Shown: positions 48,541 to 58,573 of the stretch, piece after piece
Numbering within the stretch: position 1 is the stretch's first letter
Layout of the letters: each line of letters starts with the position of its first letter
Origin: Bordetella parapertussis
Lineage (GTDB): Bacteria; Pseudomonadota; Gammaproteobacteria; Burkholderiales; SG8-39
Direction: 5' to 3'
Assembly (NCBI GenBank): GCA_945892985.1
Contig: CAMDDU010000003.1
Coordinates: 62,060 to 126,059 of the forward strand
Length of the DNA: 64,000 nucleotides
Translations under genes and position numbers: made by a program
The notes under the pieces: generated by a model
Database searches by the model: none
What the model was told of the DNA's origin: nothing
What the model saw: the letters and a program-made list of their open reading frames with translations, nothing else

Positions 48541-49983
48541 TCAACGCATGTTCACATTTTTAAACGGTAATGCGCGTAAATCCGCCGTTGCCGGCCCCGG
48601 CGCATCGCAGTCGATAATTTGGACGCATAGCGGGCTAAAGGCGGCGCGGAAGCGATTTTTGGCTTTTACGCACAGCAGCCTGGTGGCGCTGAGATTTATT
48701 CCGTGCAGTTCGAAGAACGCGGGGTCATCCGCGGGCTTTCTATCACTAGCGACGATAACTTGTATTCCACCCACTTCGAGCACCGCAGTTGCGCCAAGAC
48801 ATACTTGTGCACCGAAATCAAACTGACCACGATTTTTATATTGACCATCCGTTAAACGAAGGACGCGCGCGGGCACCTTAACCATGGCGCCAAAATCACG
48901 GCTTGTCCGTGCGCCGAACTCAGCGTCAATCGACGCGCCAGTGCCAGCCTGTCTGGCCCTTTGGACAAGGGGTGCATCGGCGAAAAATGCGAATACAACG
49001 GCTTGCGGATGTTTGAACTCAAGCAGCGCCCGAAAAAGCGTGGTCGAGTCGGCGGCACCGCCTGAGCCAGGATTGTCGGCGGAGTCGATGATGGCAACTA
49101 GCCCGGGTGGGGCGAGGAGGGCCTGGCCAAGCGCGACGTTCGGACCGGGCAGGCTAACCCGGAAATCGTTTTTTCTTTCCTGCCAGGCGTGCGCCAGCGC
49201 AATAGCGGCATGGCGCGCAGCCGATTCTTCCTTGGCCCAGACCATTACCTTTGCCGCACATTGCGGACTGTCGGCGTAGGGAAAACCGCCGCAGAGCGAA
49301 ACGTCGAGTACCCCGGCGCCCTCGGCTTCGCGCGCTGCGAGCATCAAGCCGCGCATTGGTTCGCTATCGGTCCGCATGTTAAAACTGGATAAAACCATGC
49401 CGGTGGAGACGATCGTGCAATGCGGCGCCGGATCTCCCGAGGCGATCCGGGCCAGAGTCTTGAGGAGTCTGGCGGCGGTGGCGCGCAGGTCTGACGCGCA
49501 ATTGGTGCGCGAAACGGTGGCAAAGTCGAGCAATTCGGCTATTCCAGGGTGCAGATTGGCGTGCAAGGCGAAACTGGCGGCAAGAGGTGTGTTGCCGATG
49601 GCCCGACGTACTGCGCGTAGAAGGTCAATATCTGGAGATACGCGCTCACTTGTGATGGCGGCACCATGCAGGCAAATGTAGACCGCATCCCATCGGTCCT
49701 GGGCGAGCTCCGTGCAAATTTCAGACACGATGCGCCCAAACATGGCCTCTTCAATCGGCCCTCCGGGCATGGCAGCCGCACAACGCAAAACGCTTACGTC
49801 CCAATCGTAATTTGCGGCAATAAAATCATTAACCGCTGCGAGTTCCGTTTCCCCGTCCGCAGACGTGTTCAGTGCCTCAGTTCCTTTTTGCCACATCAGG
49901 CCTTCGAAGGAATCGAGTGTGGTGGGAGCGGGACTGAACGCATTGCCTTGAAACCAAAAACGCGCGACTGCGAGTTTTTTCAT
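48541..49983 (-). CDS. M81-family metallopeptidase (MlrC-like)
   Basis: MKKLAVARFWFQGNAFSP resembles the family N-terminus (...HETNTFSP). 480 aa, with the ICLHGA region and an MlrC-like C-terminal domain. Confidence 0.6.
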   Translation of the reverse strand: MKKLAVARFWFQGNAFSPAPTTLDSFEGLMWQKGTEALNTSADGETELAAVNDFIAANYDWDVSVLRCAAAMPGGPIEEAMFGRIVSEICTELAQDRWDAVYICLHGAAITSERVSPDIDLLRAVRRAIGNTPLAASFALHANLHPGIAELLDFATVSRTNCASDLRATAARLLKTLARIASGDPAPHCTIVSTGMVLSSFNMRTDSEPMRGLMLAAREAEGAGVLDVSLCGGFPYADSPQCAAKVMVWAKEESAARHAAIALAHAWQERKNDFRVSLPGPNVALGQALLAPPGLVAIIDSADNPGSGGAADSTTLFRALLEFKHPQAVVFAFFADAPLVQRARQAGTGASIDAEFGARTSRDFGAMVKVPARVLRLTDGQYKNRGQFDFGAQVCLGATAVLEVGGIQVIVASDRKPADDPAFFELHGINLSATRLLCVKAKNRFRAAFSPLCVQIIDCDAPGPATADLRALPFKNVNMR

Positions 49984-50145
49984 TCCTCTTCCCTAATCCG
50001 GGTGTTTCGTACGCGAGCCGGGATCGGAGGCAATGCGCTGAGGCGGATATGGGGGCGATGTTCGGTTCATGCGGCGACGCCGTGGTAAAGGAAGAATAGG
50101 GGATACAGATGTACAATTCCTGCACGAACGCGCGGTGGATGGTGC

Positions 50146-51216
50146 GTGACTAAGCTGTTCGCCCGGGAGCTATCGGGCTGCGGGCCGGTCAGGAAAAAAT
50201 TTAACACAGCGACACTCATGATGGAAGTTACCATGCACAATGCCTCGAAGCAGGGCGATGATAATGTGGGGGCGATGAGCGCTGATGCATCACGGAACCC
50301 CGGTTCTGAATTGCATCCTGATCTGCAGACCTTGCTTAAATTCTATCAGGAAGCGCGCGCCAATCCGCCGGAATCCCTGCTGCATCGTCCCGGACTCATT
50401 GGCTCCCCGAGCTTTTTCGGTATTGCCGAACTGCAACGGCATTTGGCTAATCCGCTGATCCAGCCGAACATGATTGACGTGGTATTCCAGGGTAAAAAAG
50501 TGCCGCTTGAACCGGCTTGCTTTTACAAAATTGTGCAGCAAAAGAAACTTTTTTTCATGGACAAGCGCTTTATCGAGGAATATCTCACGCGTGGCGCATC
50601 GGTGTTGTTGGAGGGGCTCGATTTACTTGATCCGGGCATCAACGCCTTCGCTGCGCGGTTGGATGCGGGTTTTTCGTGCGCACTGACCAATGCGGAGGCG
50701 TTTTTCTCGCAGCAGGCGAATGAGGTCTACGGCGGGCACCTGGACACGGATGATGTTCTTGTCATCCAGCTCTCTGGCGAAAAAAAATGGCGTCTCTACA
50801 ATCGGCAGGCCCCGCGCATGGTCAATCTTGTCGATCTGAGTCCTGCGCAAATGGGTCGGCAGGTTGCCGAATTTGTGCTTAAACCCGGCGATGCCCTGTA
50901 TGTGCGTAGCGGCGTGCCGCACAAGTGCGAAACACCCGGCAGCCATAGTCTGCATATTTCATTCGACCTGTGTGACCGGATTCCCAACATCAACCAGACA
51001 CTTGAAGCCGGATTGGCGCGCTATCAAGAGGATTGTGCCCCGCCCTATACCCCCGTGGCCGAGGTGGCTTCTCGCTTTGCTGGATTGCTGCAGTCGGACG
51101 CTTTCAAGGCGGAAATGGCGCAACGCACCGAGGCCTTGAGTCATGATGCGAAGGTGTTTCGCGAAAATATCGGTAACGCAAGCCAGCAAGGCTACCTGCA
51201 TCGATTCATGAAATGA
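50146..51216 (+). CDS. JmjC / cupin-4 domain protein (putative Fe(II)/2OG oxygenase)
   Basis: GGHLDTDDVLVIQLSGEKKWRLY (HxD) and GVPHKCET...HSLHISF (distal His). The start is uncertain (GTG 50146, ATG 50218 or ATG 50233). Confidence 0.6.
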   Translation: MTKLFARELSGCGPVRKKFNTATLMMEVTMHNASKQGDDNVGAMSADASRNPGSELHPDLQTLLKFYQEARANPPESLLHRPGLIGSPSFFGIAELQRHLANPLIQPNMIDVVFQGKKVPLEPACFYKIVQQKKLFFMDKRFIEEYLTRGASVLLEGLDLLDPGINAFAARLDAGFSCALTNAEAFFSQQANEVYGGHLDTDDVLVIQLSGEKKWRLYNRQAPRMVNLVDLSPAQMGRQVAEFVLKPGDALYVRSGVPHKCETPGSHSLHISFDLCDRIPNINQTLEAGLARYQEDCAPPYTPVAEVASRFAGLLQSDAFKAEMAQRTEALSHDAKVFRENIGNASQQGYLHRFMK

Positions 51217-51433
51217 ACGGCTTGTCGAATTTTTTTCGGTAGTGCGGCACATTCGTGCAAGCGTGCTGCAGCGACCGCTTCACTCATGCCAACTGCAGTG
51301 TACGCAGTTCCCCCGGCGGGACTTTCTCGATTGGTTCGAGCGGAAGTCCAGATGTTTCGCCGCCCTTTGCCTGTACAGCAGTCTTTTCGAAGGTTAATTT
51401 TCTTATTCTCCGCGTCTCTATGGCTTTTTCTCT

Positions 51434-51874
51434 TCAGGTTTCGGCACCCGCCTCGTCGACGAAATGGCCTCTTATCTGTGTCGATTTTCCGCGAAACAGC
51501 GCGACAAGATCGCCATCTTGATTGGTTACGCGGACATCGTAAATGCCGTGCCGCCCGCTCATGTTTTGCTCTGTCGCGGTGGCGGTGAGTAGCTCCCCCA
51601 ACTGGGTCGCGCGAAGAAATTCTATGGAGCAAGCGGCGGCCACCGCACGCTTGTTGTGGCTGCTGCATGCAAACGCGAAGGCGGTATCCGATAGCGTGAA
51701 TATCATCCCCCCATGGGCGATCTTGTGGCCGTTGACCATGTCTTCGCGGATTCGCATGCACAGGCGGGCGAATCCGGGGCGGACCTCCAGAACTTCAATG
51801 CCAAGCGCAAGCGCACAGCTGTCTTCTTTCTGCATTATTTTTGCCACTGCGACGGCTAGTGTGTTGGGATCCAT
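51434..51874 (-). CDS. paaI: hydroxyphenylacetyl-CoA thioesterase
   Basis: Hotdog fold, NGHKIAHGGMIFTLSDTAFAFAC, close to E. coli PaaI as I recall it. Confidence 0.8.
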   Translation of the reverse strand: MDPNTLAVAVAKIMQKEDSCALALGIEVLEVRPGFARLCMRIREDMVNGHKIAHGGMIFTLSDTAFAFACSSHNKRAVAAACSIEFLRATQLGELLTATATEQNMSGRHGIYDVRVTNQDGDLVALFRGKSTQIRGHFVDEAGAET

Positions 51875-51877
51875 GTT

Positions 51878-52663
51878 TCAGCGTCCTCTGAACTGTGGGG
51901 CGCGTTTTTCGATAAAAGCCTTGACGCCCTCGCGATAATCGTCGCTGACGCCGAGCTTGCGCTGGATATCCCGTTCCAGATCCAATTGGGTGTCGAGCGT
52001 GCTGTTGGCGCTCTCTTGCAGCGCGTGCTTGATGGCGGCTATACCGAGCGTGGGCGCGGTGGCAAAATGCGCCGCGAGCTTCCGTGCCTCGGGGAGCAGG
52101 TCGGCGTCATCAACGGCGCGCCAGATCAATCCCCACTCAGCGGCTTTTTCTGCGGATAATTTTTCCCCCAGCATCGCAAGGGCGCGTGCCCGCGCGTCGC
52201 CGACCAAGCGGGGTAGCCAGTAGGTGCCGCCAGAGTCCGGTATCAGGCCTATCTTGCAGAACGCCTGGACGAATGATGCCGATTTGGCGGCAATTACAAA
52301 ATCACAGGCTAGTGCGATATTGGCACCGGCACCAGCTGCGACGCCGTTTACCGCGGCGATGACCGGCAGGGGCAGAGCGCGCAATGCGCGGACCAGTGGA
52401 TTGTAGTACTCGCCGATGGTATGCCCCAGATCGGGGGGCGCAGCACCGGGACTCATGTTGCGCTGTTCAAGGTCCTGTCCGGCGCAAAACCCCCGTCCGG
52501 CTCCGGTGATTATAAGAGCGCGGGTTTCGGGAGTTTTTTCGATGGTCTCTAGCGCGGCACGCATTTCGGCATGCATTGCCGCGGTGAAACTGTTGAGCTT
52601 TTCCGGCCGGTTTAGGGTGAGTACTGCATAACCATCGGCCTGCTCGAGAAGGATGTCACTCAT
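51878..52663 (-). CDS. paaG: 2-(1,2-epoxy-1,2-dihydrophenyl)acetyl-CoA isomerase (crotonase family)
   Basis: The start is taken at MSDILLEQADGYAVLTLNRPEKLNSF (ATG 52661-52663). TGAGRGFCAGQDL and LDTQLDLERD...DYREGV.AF..KR.PQF align along the full length with E. coli PaaG from memory. Confidence 0.8.
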   Translation of the reverse strand: MSDILLEQADGYAVLTLNRPEKLNSFTAAMHAEMRAALETIEKTPETRALIITGAGRGFCAGQDLEQRNMSPGAAPPDLGHTIGEYYNPLVRALRALPLPVIAAVNGVAAGAGANIALACDFVIAAKSASFVQAFCKIGLIPDSGGTYWLPRLVGDARARALAMLGEKLSAEKAAEWGLIWRAVDDADLLPEARKLAAHFATAPTLGIAAIKHALQESANSTLDTQLDLERDIQRKLGVSDDYREGVKAFIEKRAPQFRGR

Positions 52664-52981
52664 GCGTGCGCTCGCTTTGCGTGTTTTTTCTGGCAAGAAG
52701 TCTAGCATCCTGTGTACGCTAATCGGACCGATAAAAATCGATGGCCAGCGGGCTTGTTGCAGGTTCCTCTCTTTTGCATGCATTGTCGCGGGGCAATTGC
52801 TCTGAGACAGCGATCTGTTCATATATTACTTCGGACCTCGAAAAAGCGGCCTCTAGGGCCAGGGCTGTCGTCAGGGTTGATCGCGTGAAGGAGAATTTTT
52901 TTGTGCTTGTTTCGGTGCTTTTCCGTCGTTTTGGAGCCCGGCCGCCTTGACAGGCATTTGCCATGGCACGAGAATGAACTC

Positions 52982-53104
52982 TATGATTTTCTGTGTCCAT
53001 CGCAGTCTGTTTTTTCTCTTTTCAAGGGACCTGCGCGCGGCCTGACGCTGTAATGCGTCGCGAATATGAAAGCCACAGACTAGACGCTGTGGCTTTTTAG
53101 TTTT
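52982..53104 (+). ncRNA. candidate small RNA or terminator-controlled leader upstream of argD
   Basis: TTGACA (52947-52952), 17 nt, GAGAAT (52970-52975), then about 120 nt ending in a strong intrinsic terminator at 53069-53104. No family assignment is possible by eye. Confidence 0.3.
53069..53104 (+). terminator. intrinsic terminator
   Basis: Perfect 10-bp stem AAAGCCACAG / CTGTGGCTTT, 8-nt loop ACTAGACG, followed by TTAGTTTT. Confidence 0.65.
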
Positions 53105-53147
53105 AGCCAAAATTATCGGATGTAACGATTTTCTGAAAGAGAGAAAA

Positions 53148-54326
53148 ATGAAGTCAAGTGACTACCCGCTAAATGCATTGATGCAGATAACCAGCCGGCC
53201 TGAACTGGTGTTTGTTTCCGGTGAGGGTTCCTGGTTGTCTGATAGCGAGGGACGCCGCTATCTGGATTTCATTCAAGGATGGGCGGTCAACTGTCTGGGC
53301 CATTCGCCTAAGGAAATTGTCGATGCCCTGGACAAGCAGGCGCGCACGCTCATCAACTGCAGCCCAGCCTTTTACAACGAACCGTCGACGCGCCTTGCGC
53401 AGATGATTACGGCAACATCCGGGCTCGATCGGGTATTTTTTGCCAATAGTGGCGCGGAAGCCAATGAGGGTGCGATAAAACTGGCGCGTAAATGGGGTGG
53501 ATTGCACCGCAAGGGCGCGTACAAAATCATCACCTTCGACCACGCATTTCACGGGCGCACGCTTGCGACCATGTCGGCGTCGGGTAAGCCCAATTGGGAC
53601 AAATTATTCGAGCCCAAGGTGCCCGGTTTCCCGAAAGCCGACCTGAACGACCTTGCTTCGGTCAAGGCGTTGCTGGCCGACGATGTGACCGCGATCATGC
53701 TTGAGCCCACGCAAGGTGAGGCGGGTGTTTTGCCGGCGACTAAGGATTTTTTGCAAGCATTGCGCGAACTCACGCAACGCGAGGGGATGTTGCTTATTTT
53801 GGACGAGGTGCAAACAGGGATTGGCCGCACCGGGACTCTTTATGGATTTGAGCATTCCGGGGTTCGTCCTGACATCATGACCTTGGGCAAGGGGATTGGC
53901 GGCGGTGTTCCGCTCGCGGCGCTGGTCGCGGCAGAGGCGGTCTGCTGCTTTGAAACGGGCGACCAGGGGGGGACTTATAACGGCAACGCGCTCATGGCCG
54001 CCGTCGGTTGCGCAGTAATGCAGACGGTTGGCGCGCCAGGCTTCCTGCAAAGGGTAAACGAGGCTGGCGGTGTGCTGCGTGCCGGACTGCTTGCCTTGTC
54101 CGTGAAGCACGGTTTGGGAGAGGTCCGCGGTGACGGGCTGCTGCAGGCGCTGGAACTCGGCAGTGACATTGGTGCTGCGCTGGTTGAGCAGGCGCGTGTT
54201 GAGGGGCTTCTGCTCAATTCACCCCGGCCGGCGACCTTGCGTTTCATGCCCGCGCTGAATGTTTCAGACGCGGAAATCCGGCAAATGCTCGCCGGTCTGG
54301 ACAGCCTGCTTGTTCGCCTCAAATAA
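53148..54326 (+). CDS. argD: acetylornithine aminotransferase (class III PLP aminotransferase)
   Basis: [29 protein letters not shown] and TLGKGIGGG (PLP lysine). Confidence 0.75.
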   Translation: MKSSDYPLNALMQITSRPELVFVSGEGSWLSDSEGRRYLDFIQGWAVNCLGHSPKEIVDALDKQARTLINCSPAFYNEPSTRLAQMITATSGLDRVFFANSGAEANEGAIKLARKWGGLHRKGAYKIITFDHAFHGRTLATMSASGKPNWDKLFEPKVPGFPKADLNDLASVKALLADDVTAIMLEPTQGEAGVLPATKDFLQALRELTQREGMLLILDEVQTGIGRTGTLYGFEHSGVRPDIMTLGKGIGGGVPLAALVAAEAVCCFETGDQGGTYNGNALMAAVGCAVMQTVGAPGFLQRVNEAGGVLRAGLLALSVKHGLGEVRGDGLLQALELGSDIGAALVEQARVEGLLLNSPRPATLRFMPALNVSDAEIRQMLAGLDSLLVRLK

Positions 54327-55071
54327 GCCCGCGCAAGCCGTCCCATAACAGTTTTGTACCGGTTAGGAAGAATGCGACGTAGACAATCCTGAAGAACAGG
54401 ACGGGGTCGATGCGCTTATGCAGCCACACGCCAAGTCGTGTGCCTGCGACGCCAAGCGGGATAAGGGCCAGGGACGTCAGCAGGTTGCGGGCATCGAACA
54501 GATCCAGCCCCCAATAGGGCAGGATTTTGGCGTAGTTCATACTCCCGAAAAAAATCAGGGAGGTCGCGACGAACGCTGTTTTATCCAGCCGTTGAACCAG
54601 CAGGTACACCGATAAGGGAGGCCCCCCCGCGTGCGCAACAAAGCTGGTAAATCCGGAAATGCTGCCCCAGAACCAGCCATGGCCTGCCGATAGCTGCGGG
54701 CGTTCGACGCCATGTTTTTTTGTCAGGTTGTAAGCGAGAAATCCTAACGAGATCAGGCCCAGCATCAAACGGATCCAGTCGTTGTTTAGGTGGCTGAAAG
54801 TCAGTGTTCCGGCAATGATGCCGATGAATCCGGCGGGAACAATCACCTTCATTACCCGTTTGTCCCATTTGCCCCAATAGGCCTGGAACCCGGTTAGGTC
54901 CATGATGCACAGGACAGGCAGCATGATCGCGGCCGCCTGCGGAGGTGCGATGACCAGCGCCATAATTGGAACGCCAAAGCCGCCGACGCCGCCTCCGAGC
55001 CCGCCCTTGGAAATGCCGGTCAGGAGCACGGCGACGACAGCCACCAGCCAGAACCACGGATCGGTGATCAA
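54319..55071 (-). CDS. TauE/SafE (DUF81) family anion exporter
   Basis: [19 protein letters not shown] motif and about 8 helices. Convergent with argD, overlapping it by 8 nt. Confidence 0.75.
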   Translation of the reverse strand: MITDPWFWLVAVVAVLLTGISKGGLGGGVGGFGVPIMALVIAPPQAAAIMLPVLCIMDLTGFQAYWGKWDKRVMKVIVPAGFIGIIAGTLTFSHLNNDWIRLMLGLISLGFLAYNLTKKHGVERPQLSAGHGWFWGSISGFTSFVAHAGGPPLSVYLLVQRLDKTAFVATSLIFFGSMNYAKILPYWGLDLFDARNLLTSLALIPLGVAGTRLGVWLHKRIDPVLFFRIVYVAFFLTGTKLLWDGLRGLI

Positions 55072-55144
55072 ACCGCTGCCTTGAGGACTTTTCCGGTCTG
55101 GCTGGTCTTGCAGATTGTGCTATCCGTCATTTTGTGGGCGATGT

Positions 55145-56203
55145 TCAGAGCAGTTTGCATACGGCTTTGGTTACGTCAGCGGTGGTGGCGTTGCCACCCA
55201 GGTCGGGGGTGAATATCTGACGCGCCGTGACCGTTTCGATGGCCTTCATCAGCTGCTTCGCAGCGGCGGGCTCGCCCAGATGCTCAAGCATCATCGCAGC
55301 GGTCCAGAATGTGGCGATGGGATTGGCTATGCCTTTTCCCGTGATGTCAAAGGCCGAGCCGTGTATCGGTTCGAACATCGACGGGAATTCACGCTCCGGA
55401 TTCAGGTTTGCGGTGGGCGCGATGCCCAGACTCCCTGACAGTGCCGCGGCCAGATCGGAAAGAATGTCGGCGTGCAGATTGGAGGCGACGATGACATCGA
55501 GCGACTCCGGTTTGCTGACCATCATGGTGGTGACCGCATCAACGAGAACCCTTTGGATTTTAACTTTCGGGTACTCCTTTGCGACTTCGTAAAACACCTC
55601 ATCCCACAACACCATGCCATGGCGTTGCGCATTGGATTTTGTGACGAGTGTGAGATGCCGGCGCGGCCGTTTCATGGCCAGTTCAAAAGCAAACCGGTGG
55701 ATGCGGGCCGAGCCACTACGGGTGAATACGGAGATTTCGGTGGCCAGCTCCGCGGGAAGTCCGCGATGCACGCGACCGCCCGAGCCGGAATATTCGCCCT
55801 CTGAATTTTCACGGATGATCACCCAGTCGATCTTTTCGGCATTCTTTAACGGACTTTGCACGCCTGGCAGCACCCGCGCCGGTCTAACGTTGGCATATTG
55901 GTCAAAGCCCTGGCAGATGGGCAGGCGCAAGCCCCATAGCGATATGTGATCGGGCACCTTGGGGGACCCCACCGCGCCAAAGAAAATCGCGTCGAATTTC
56001 TTCAGCTGCTCAAGGCCGCCCTCCGGGATATACCAACCACGGCGCAGGTAAAGGTCGCTGCCCCATAAAAAAGTCTTGAAGTTGAAGGCGAAACGGCCAG
56101 AGCTTTTGGCGACTCCATTTAATACCCGGATTCCCGCCGGTATGACTTCCTTGCCTATACCGTCGCCGGGGATTGCGGCGATCCGAAAAAGTTTTTTAGC
56201 CAT
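55145..56203 (-). CDS. tartrate dehydrogenase/decarboxylase / D-malate dehydrogenase family (isocitrate-isopropylmalate dehydrogenase superfamily)
   Basis: The start is taken at MAKKLFRIAAIPGDGIGKEV (ATG 56201-56203). Motifs: IIRENSEGEYSG, NLHADILSDL and GSAFDITGKGIANP. Confidence 0.7.
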   Translation of the reverse strand: MAKKLFRIAAIPGDGIGKEVIPAGIRVLNGVAKSSGRFAFNFKTFLWGSDLYLRRGWYIPEGGLEQLKKFDAIFFGAVGSPKVPDHISLWGLRLPICQGFDQYANVRPARVLPGVQSPLKNAEKIDWVIIRENSEGEYSGSGGRVHRGLPAELATEISVFTRSGSARIHRFAFELAMKRPRRHLTLVTKSNAQRHGMVLWDEVFYEVAKEYPKVKIQRVLVDAVTTMMVSKPESLDVIVASNLHADILSDLAAALSGSLGIAPTANLNPEREFPSMFEPIHGSAFDITGKGIANPIATFWTAAMMLEHLGEPAAAKQLMKAIETVTARQIFTPDLGGNATTADVTKAVCKLL

Positions 56204-56356
56204 ATGCGTGGGAATGTATAGATTGCGATGAAGCGGAAAGCGCATGTTGTACGTATGGCGAAGGCGCGTCAAGGCAGGGCATGTTGTGGGCGAGTGATAG
56301 GCTAGAATCCGTCTTGGAAAATCGCGCTTGTTTCAAGGCGCATCGGACCGTTCGCC

Positions 56357-57031
56357 ATGAACCTGCTTGCAATCGAAACCTCGACTGAATATCTCTCCCT
56401 CGCGCTGTCGCGACAGGGGCTGGTTTTCGATCGCCTGATCTTGGCTGGACAAAGGCACTCGGAATTATTGCTGGACGAACTTGACGCTTTACTGGCGTCC
56501 TCGTGTGTCACCATGGCGGAGGTAGATGCGGTGATATTCGGCGCAGGGCCAGGTTCGTTTACCGGCTTGCGCATCGCCTGCGGAGTCGCCCAGGGCCTCG
56601 CGCTGGCGCGTGGGATTCCCTTGATTGCCATCGGCAGTCTGGAAGCGCTGGCAGAGGCCGCACAGGCGGAAAAGGTGGTGGTCTGTCTCGATGCCCGCAT
56701 GGGGGAGGTCTACCACGGAGCCTATGTAAAGTGCGGGTCGGCAAAGTGGAAAGAAATCTGCCCTCCGGGTCTGTTTGCCCCAGAATCGGTTCCTGCGCTT
56801 CCTGGAAAGGGCTGGACTGGTTGCGGTAGTGGTTTTGTGCTTCATGGAGCGATGCTGCAAAAACGCTATGGTGATTCGCTCGTTGCGACGATGCCGGATT
56901 TTTTTCCGCAGGCTTCGGCGATGTTGCGCCTTGCAGTGCCTCGCTTCTTGAACAACGAGGGTATTGATGCGGCCCTTGCGGCGCCATTTTATGTCCGCGA
57001 CAAAGTAGCGCTTAAAACAAACGAACGTTGA
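56357..57031 (+). CDS. tsaB: tRNA t6A37 biosynthesis protein TsaB
   Basis: MNLLAIETSTEYLSLAL...GPGSFTGLRIACGVAQGLA. Confidence 0.85.
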   Translation: MNLLAIETSTEYLSLALSRQGLVFDRLILAGQRHSELLLDELDALLASSCVTMAEVDAVIFGAGPGSFTGLRIACGVAQGLALARGIPLIAIGSLEALAEAAQAEKVVVCLDARMGEVYHGAYVKCGSAKWKEICPPGLFAPESVPALPGKGWTGCGSGFVLHGAMLQKRYGDSLVATMPDFFPQASAMLRLAVPRFLNNEGIDAALAAPFYVRDKVALKTNER

Positions 57032-57047
57032 AACTTCCCGGATTCCA

Positions 57048-57509
57048 ATGAGTGCCGTCCTGCAAGCCCGATCAGAGCTGAGACCCATGTTGCCCACTGA
57101 TCTTAATGCGGTGATGCGCATCGAGGAGGAGATCTATGAGTTCCCGTGGACCCGCGGAAATTTTCGTGATTCTCTCGCCGCCGGCTATCGTTGCTCGATG
57201 CTTTTGGAGGCAGGACAGGTCCTCGGTTATGCCGTCCTCATCCACGCGGCGGATGAGGCGCACCTGTTGAACTTGAGTATTGCGCTAAGTTTCCAGGGTC
57301 GCGGTTTTGGCGGACGACTGCTGGAGTCGGAAATGGCGGCCGCGCGCGATTATGGCGCGACGCAGCTGTTCCTTGAGGTTCGGACCTCGAATATCGGGGC
57401 CCAACGACTTTATGCGAAGCACGGATTCGATGTGATAGGAATGCGGCGAAATTATTATCCGGCACGCGATGGACGGGAGGACGCAAACGTCCTTTCTCGA
57501 AAGCTTTGA
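57048..57509 (+). CDS. rimI: ribosomal-protein-alanine N-acetyltransferase
   Basis: GNAT fold: IEEEIYEFPW and acetyl-CoA motif QGRGFGGRLL. It sits after tsaB as in many genomes. Confidence 0.8.
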   Translation: MSAVLQARSELRPMLPTDLNAVMRIEEEIYEFPWTRGNFRDSLAAGYRCSMLLEAGQVLGYAVLIHAADEAHLLNLSIALSFQGRGFGGRLLESEMAAARDYGATQLFLEVRTSNIGAQRLYAKHGFDVIGMRRNYYPARDGREDANVLSRKL

Positions 57510-58282
57510 GTTCACGCCGCGGGATTCTGTTGGAAGAGTTGGGCCTGGCCCCGGTCTGGCGTTCACGCGATTGTGAGATAGACCAAGGCAGGGACGAAGC
57601 GCTTGCAAGGGCTTCTGCCGAGGTCATCGGCAATCCAGCGCCTTTGCCGATATCCATTAGAACAACGGGGGCAGACTCCGATCGTCCAGCGCGAATAGTG
57701 CGTATGGACTGGCCCGCACTTAAGCAAAGCGTTGAGGCTTGCGACGCCTGCGGCTTGCACAAGAGTCGGAAAAAGACGGTATTCGGCGTTGGTGACGAAA
57801 CAGCGGATTGGTTGCTGATCGGGGAGGCCCCAGGGGTGGAGGAAGATGCGCGTGGCGAGCCCTTCGTCGGCCAGGCCGGGCTGTTGCTGGACAACATGAT
57901 TGCAGCGATCGGATTGGAGCGGGGGAAAAACGTCTATCTATCCAACATCCTTAAGTGTAGTCCTCCGGGGAACAGGAATCCGGATCCGGGCGAGGTGGCG
58001 CAGTGCAGGCCGTATTTGTCACGTCAGCTTGCGTTGATCCGGCCAAAGCTTATTCTTGCGATGGGGCGATTCGCTACGCAAGCCCTTCTGGGTACCGATG
58101 CGAACATCGTCAGCTTGCGCGGCCGCGTGCATACCTACGAGGGCGTACCCGTGATTGTTACTTACCATCCGACGTATCTGTTGCGCACGCCTGCGGACAA
58201 GTTCAAGGCGTGGGAAGATCTTTGCCTGGCCAGCAAGACGATGCATGGCTTGCTTTCTGGCGCCCAGACCCCAAGCGACTGA
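57506..58282 (+). CDS. family 4 uracil-DNA glycosylase with N-terminal extension
   Basis: CDACGLHKSRKKTVFGVGD...LLIGEAPGVEED...GEPFVGQAG...NILKCSPPGNRNP...HPTYLLR. A TTG start overlaps the rimI stop. Confidence 0.8.
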   Translation: MSSRRGILLEELGLAPVWRSRDCEIDQGRDEALARASAEVIGNPAPLPISIRTTGADSDRPARIVRMDWPALKQSVEACDACGLHKSRKKTVFGVGDETADWLLIGEAPGVEEDARGEPFVGQAGLLLDNMIAAIGLERGKNVYLSNILKCSPPGNRNPDPGEVAQCRPYLSRQLALIRPKLILAMGRFATQALLGTDANIVSLRGRVHTYEGVPVIVTYHPTYLLRTPADKFKAWEDLCLASKTMHGLLSGAQTPSD

Positions 58283-58573
58283 TACGTCATCAGGGGTATT
58301 GACGCGGGCAGCGACCTCTAGCGCACGCTGCCCACGGCAGGATGGCGTTAGTTAGTAATGGGCTAGCGGATGACCCCTTGGAATCTGAGCGCGTATTCTG
58401 CGGCGGAGCCTCCAGCGGGGAGTCCTCCTCCGCATTGAACAGCGACGGTGATGTTCATTTGGGCGAGCGGCAAATAGGCGTCTACTTTAGAATCGGACTT
58501 CCCCACCGCGGAGGCGCTCAGTAAGTGCCCATTTCAAGATCATGTTCAGGCGCAATAGCTTAATGTCCCGACC

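Noticed and set aside
30426-50000. Search for a direct repeat of the tRNA-Glu 3' end (att-type island boundary) and for an integrase
   Set aside because: I could not find a second copy of the tRNA 3' segment by eye. No tyrosine or serine recombinase ORF is present, so a classical integrative island cannot be claimed. A computational repeat search is needed.
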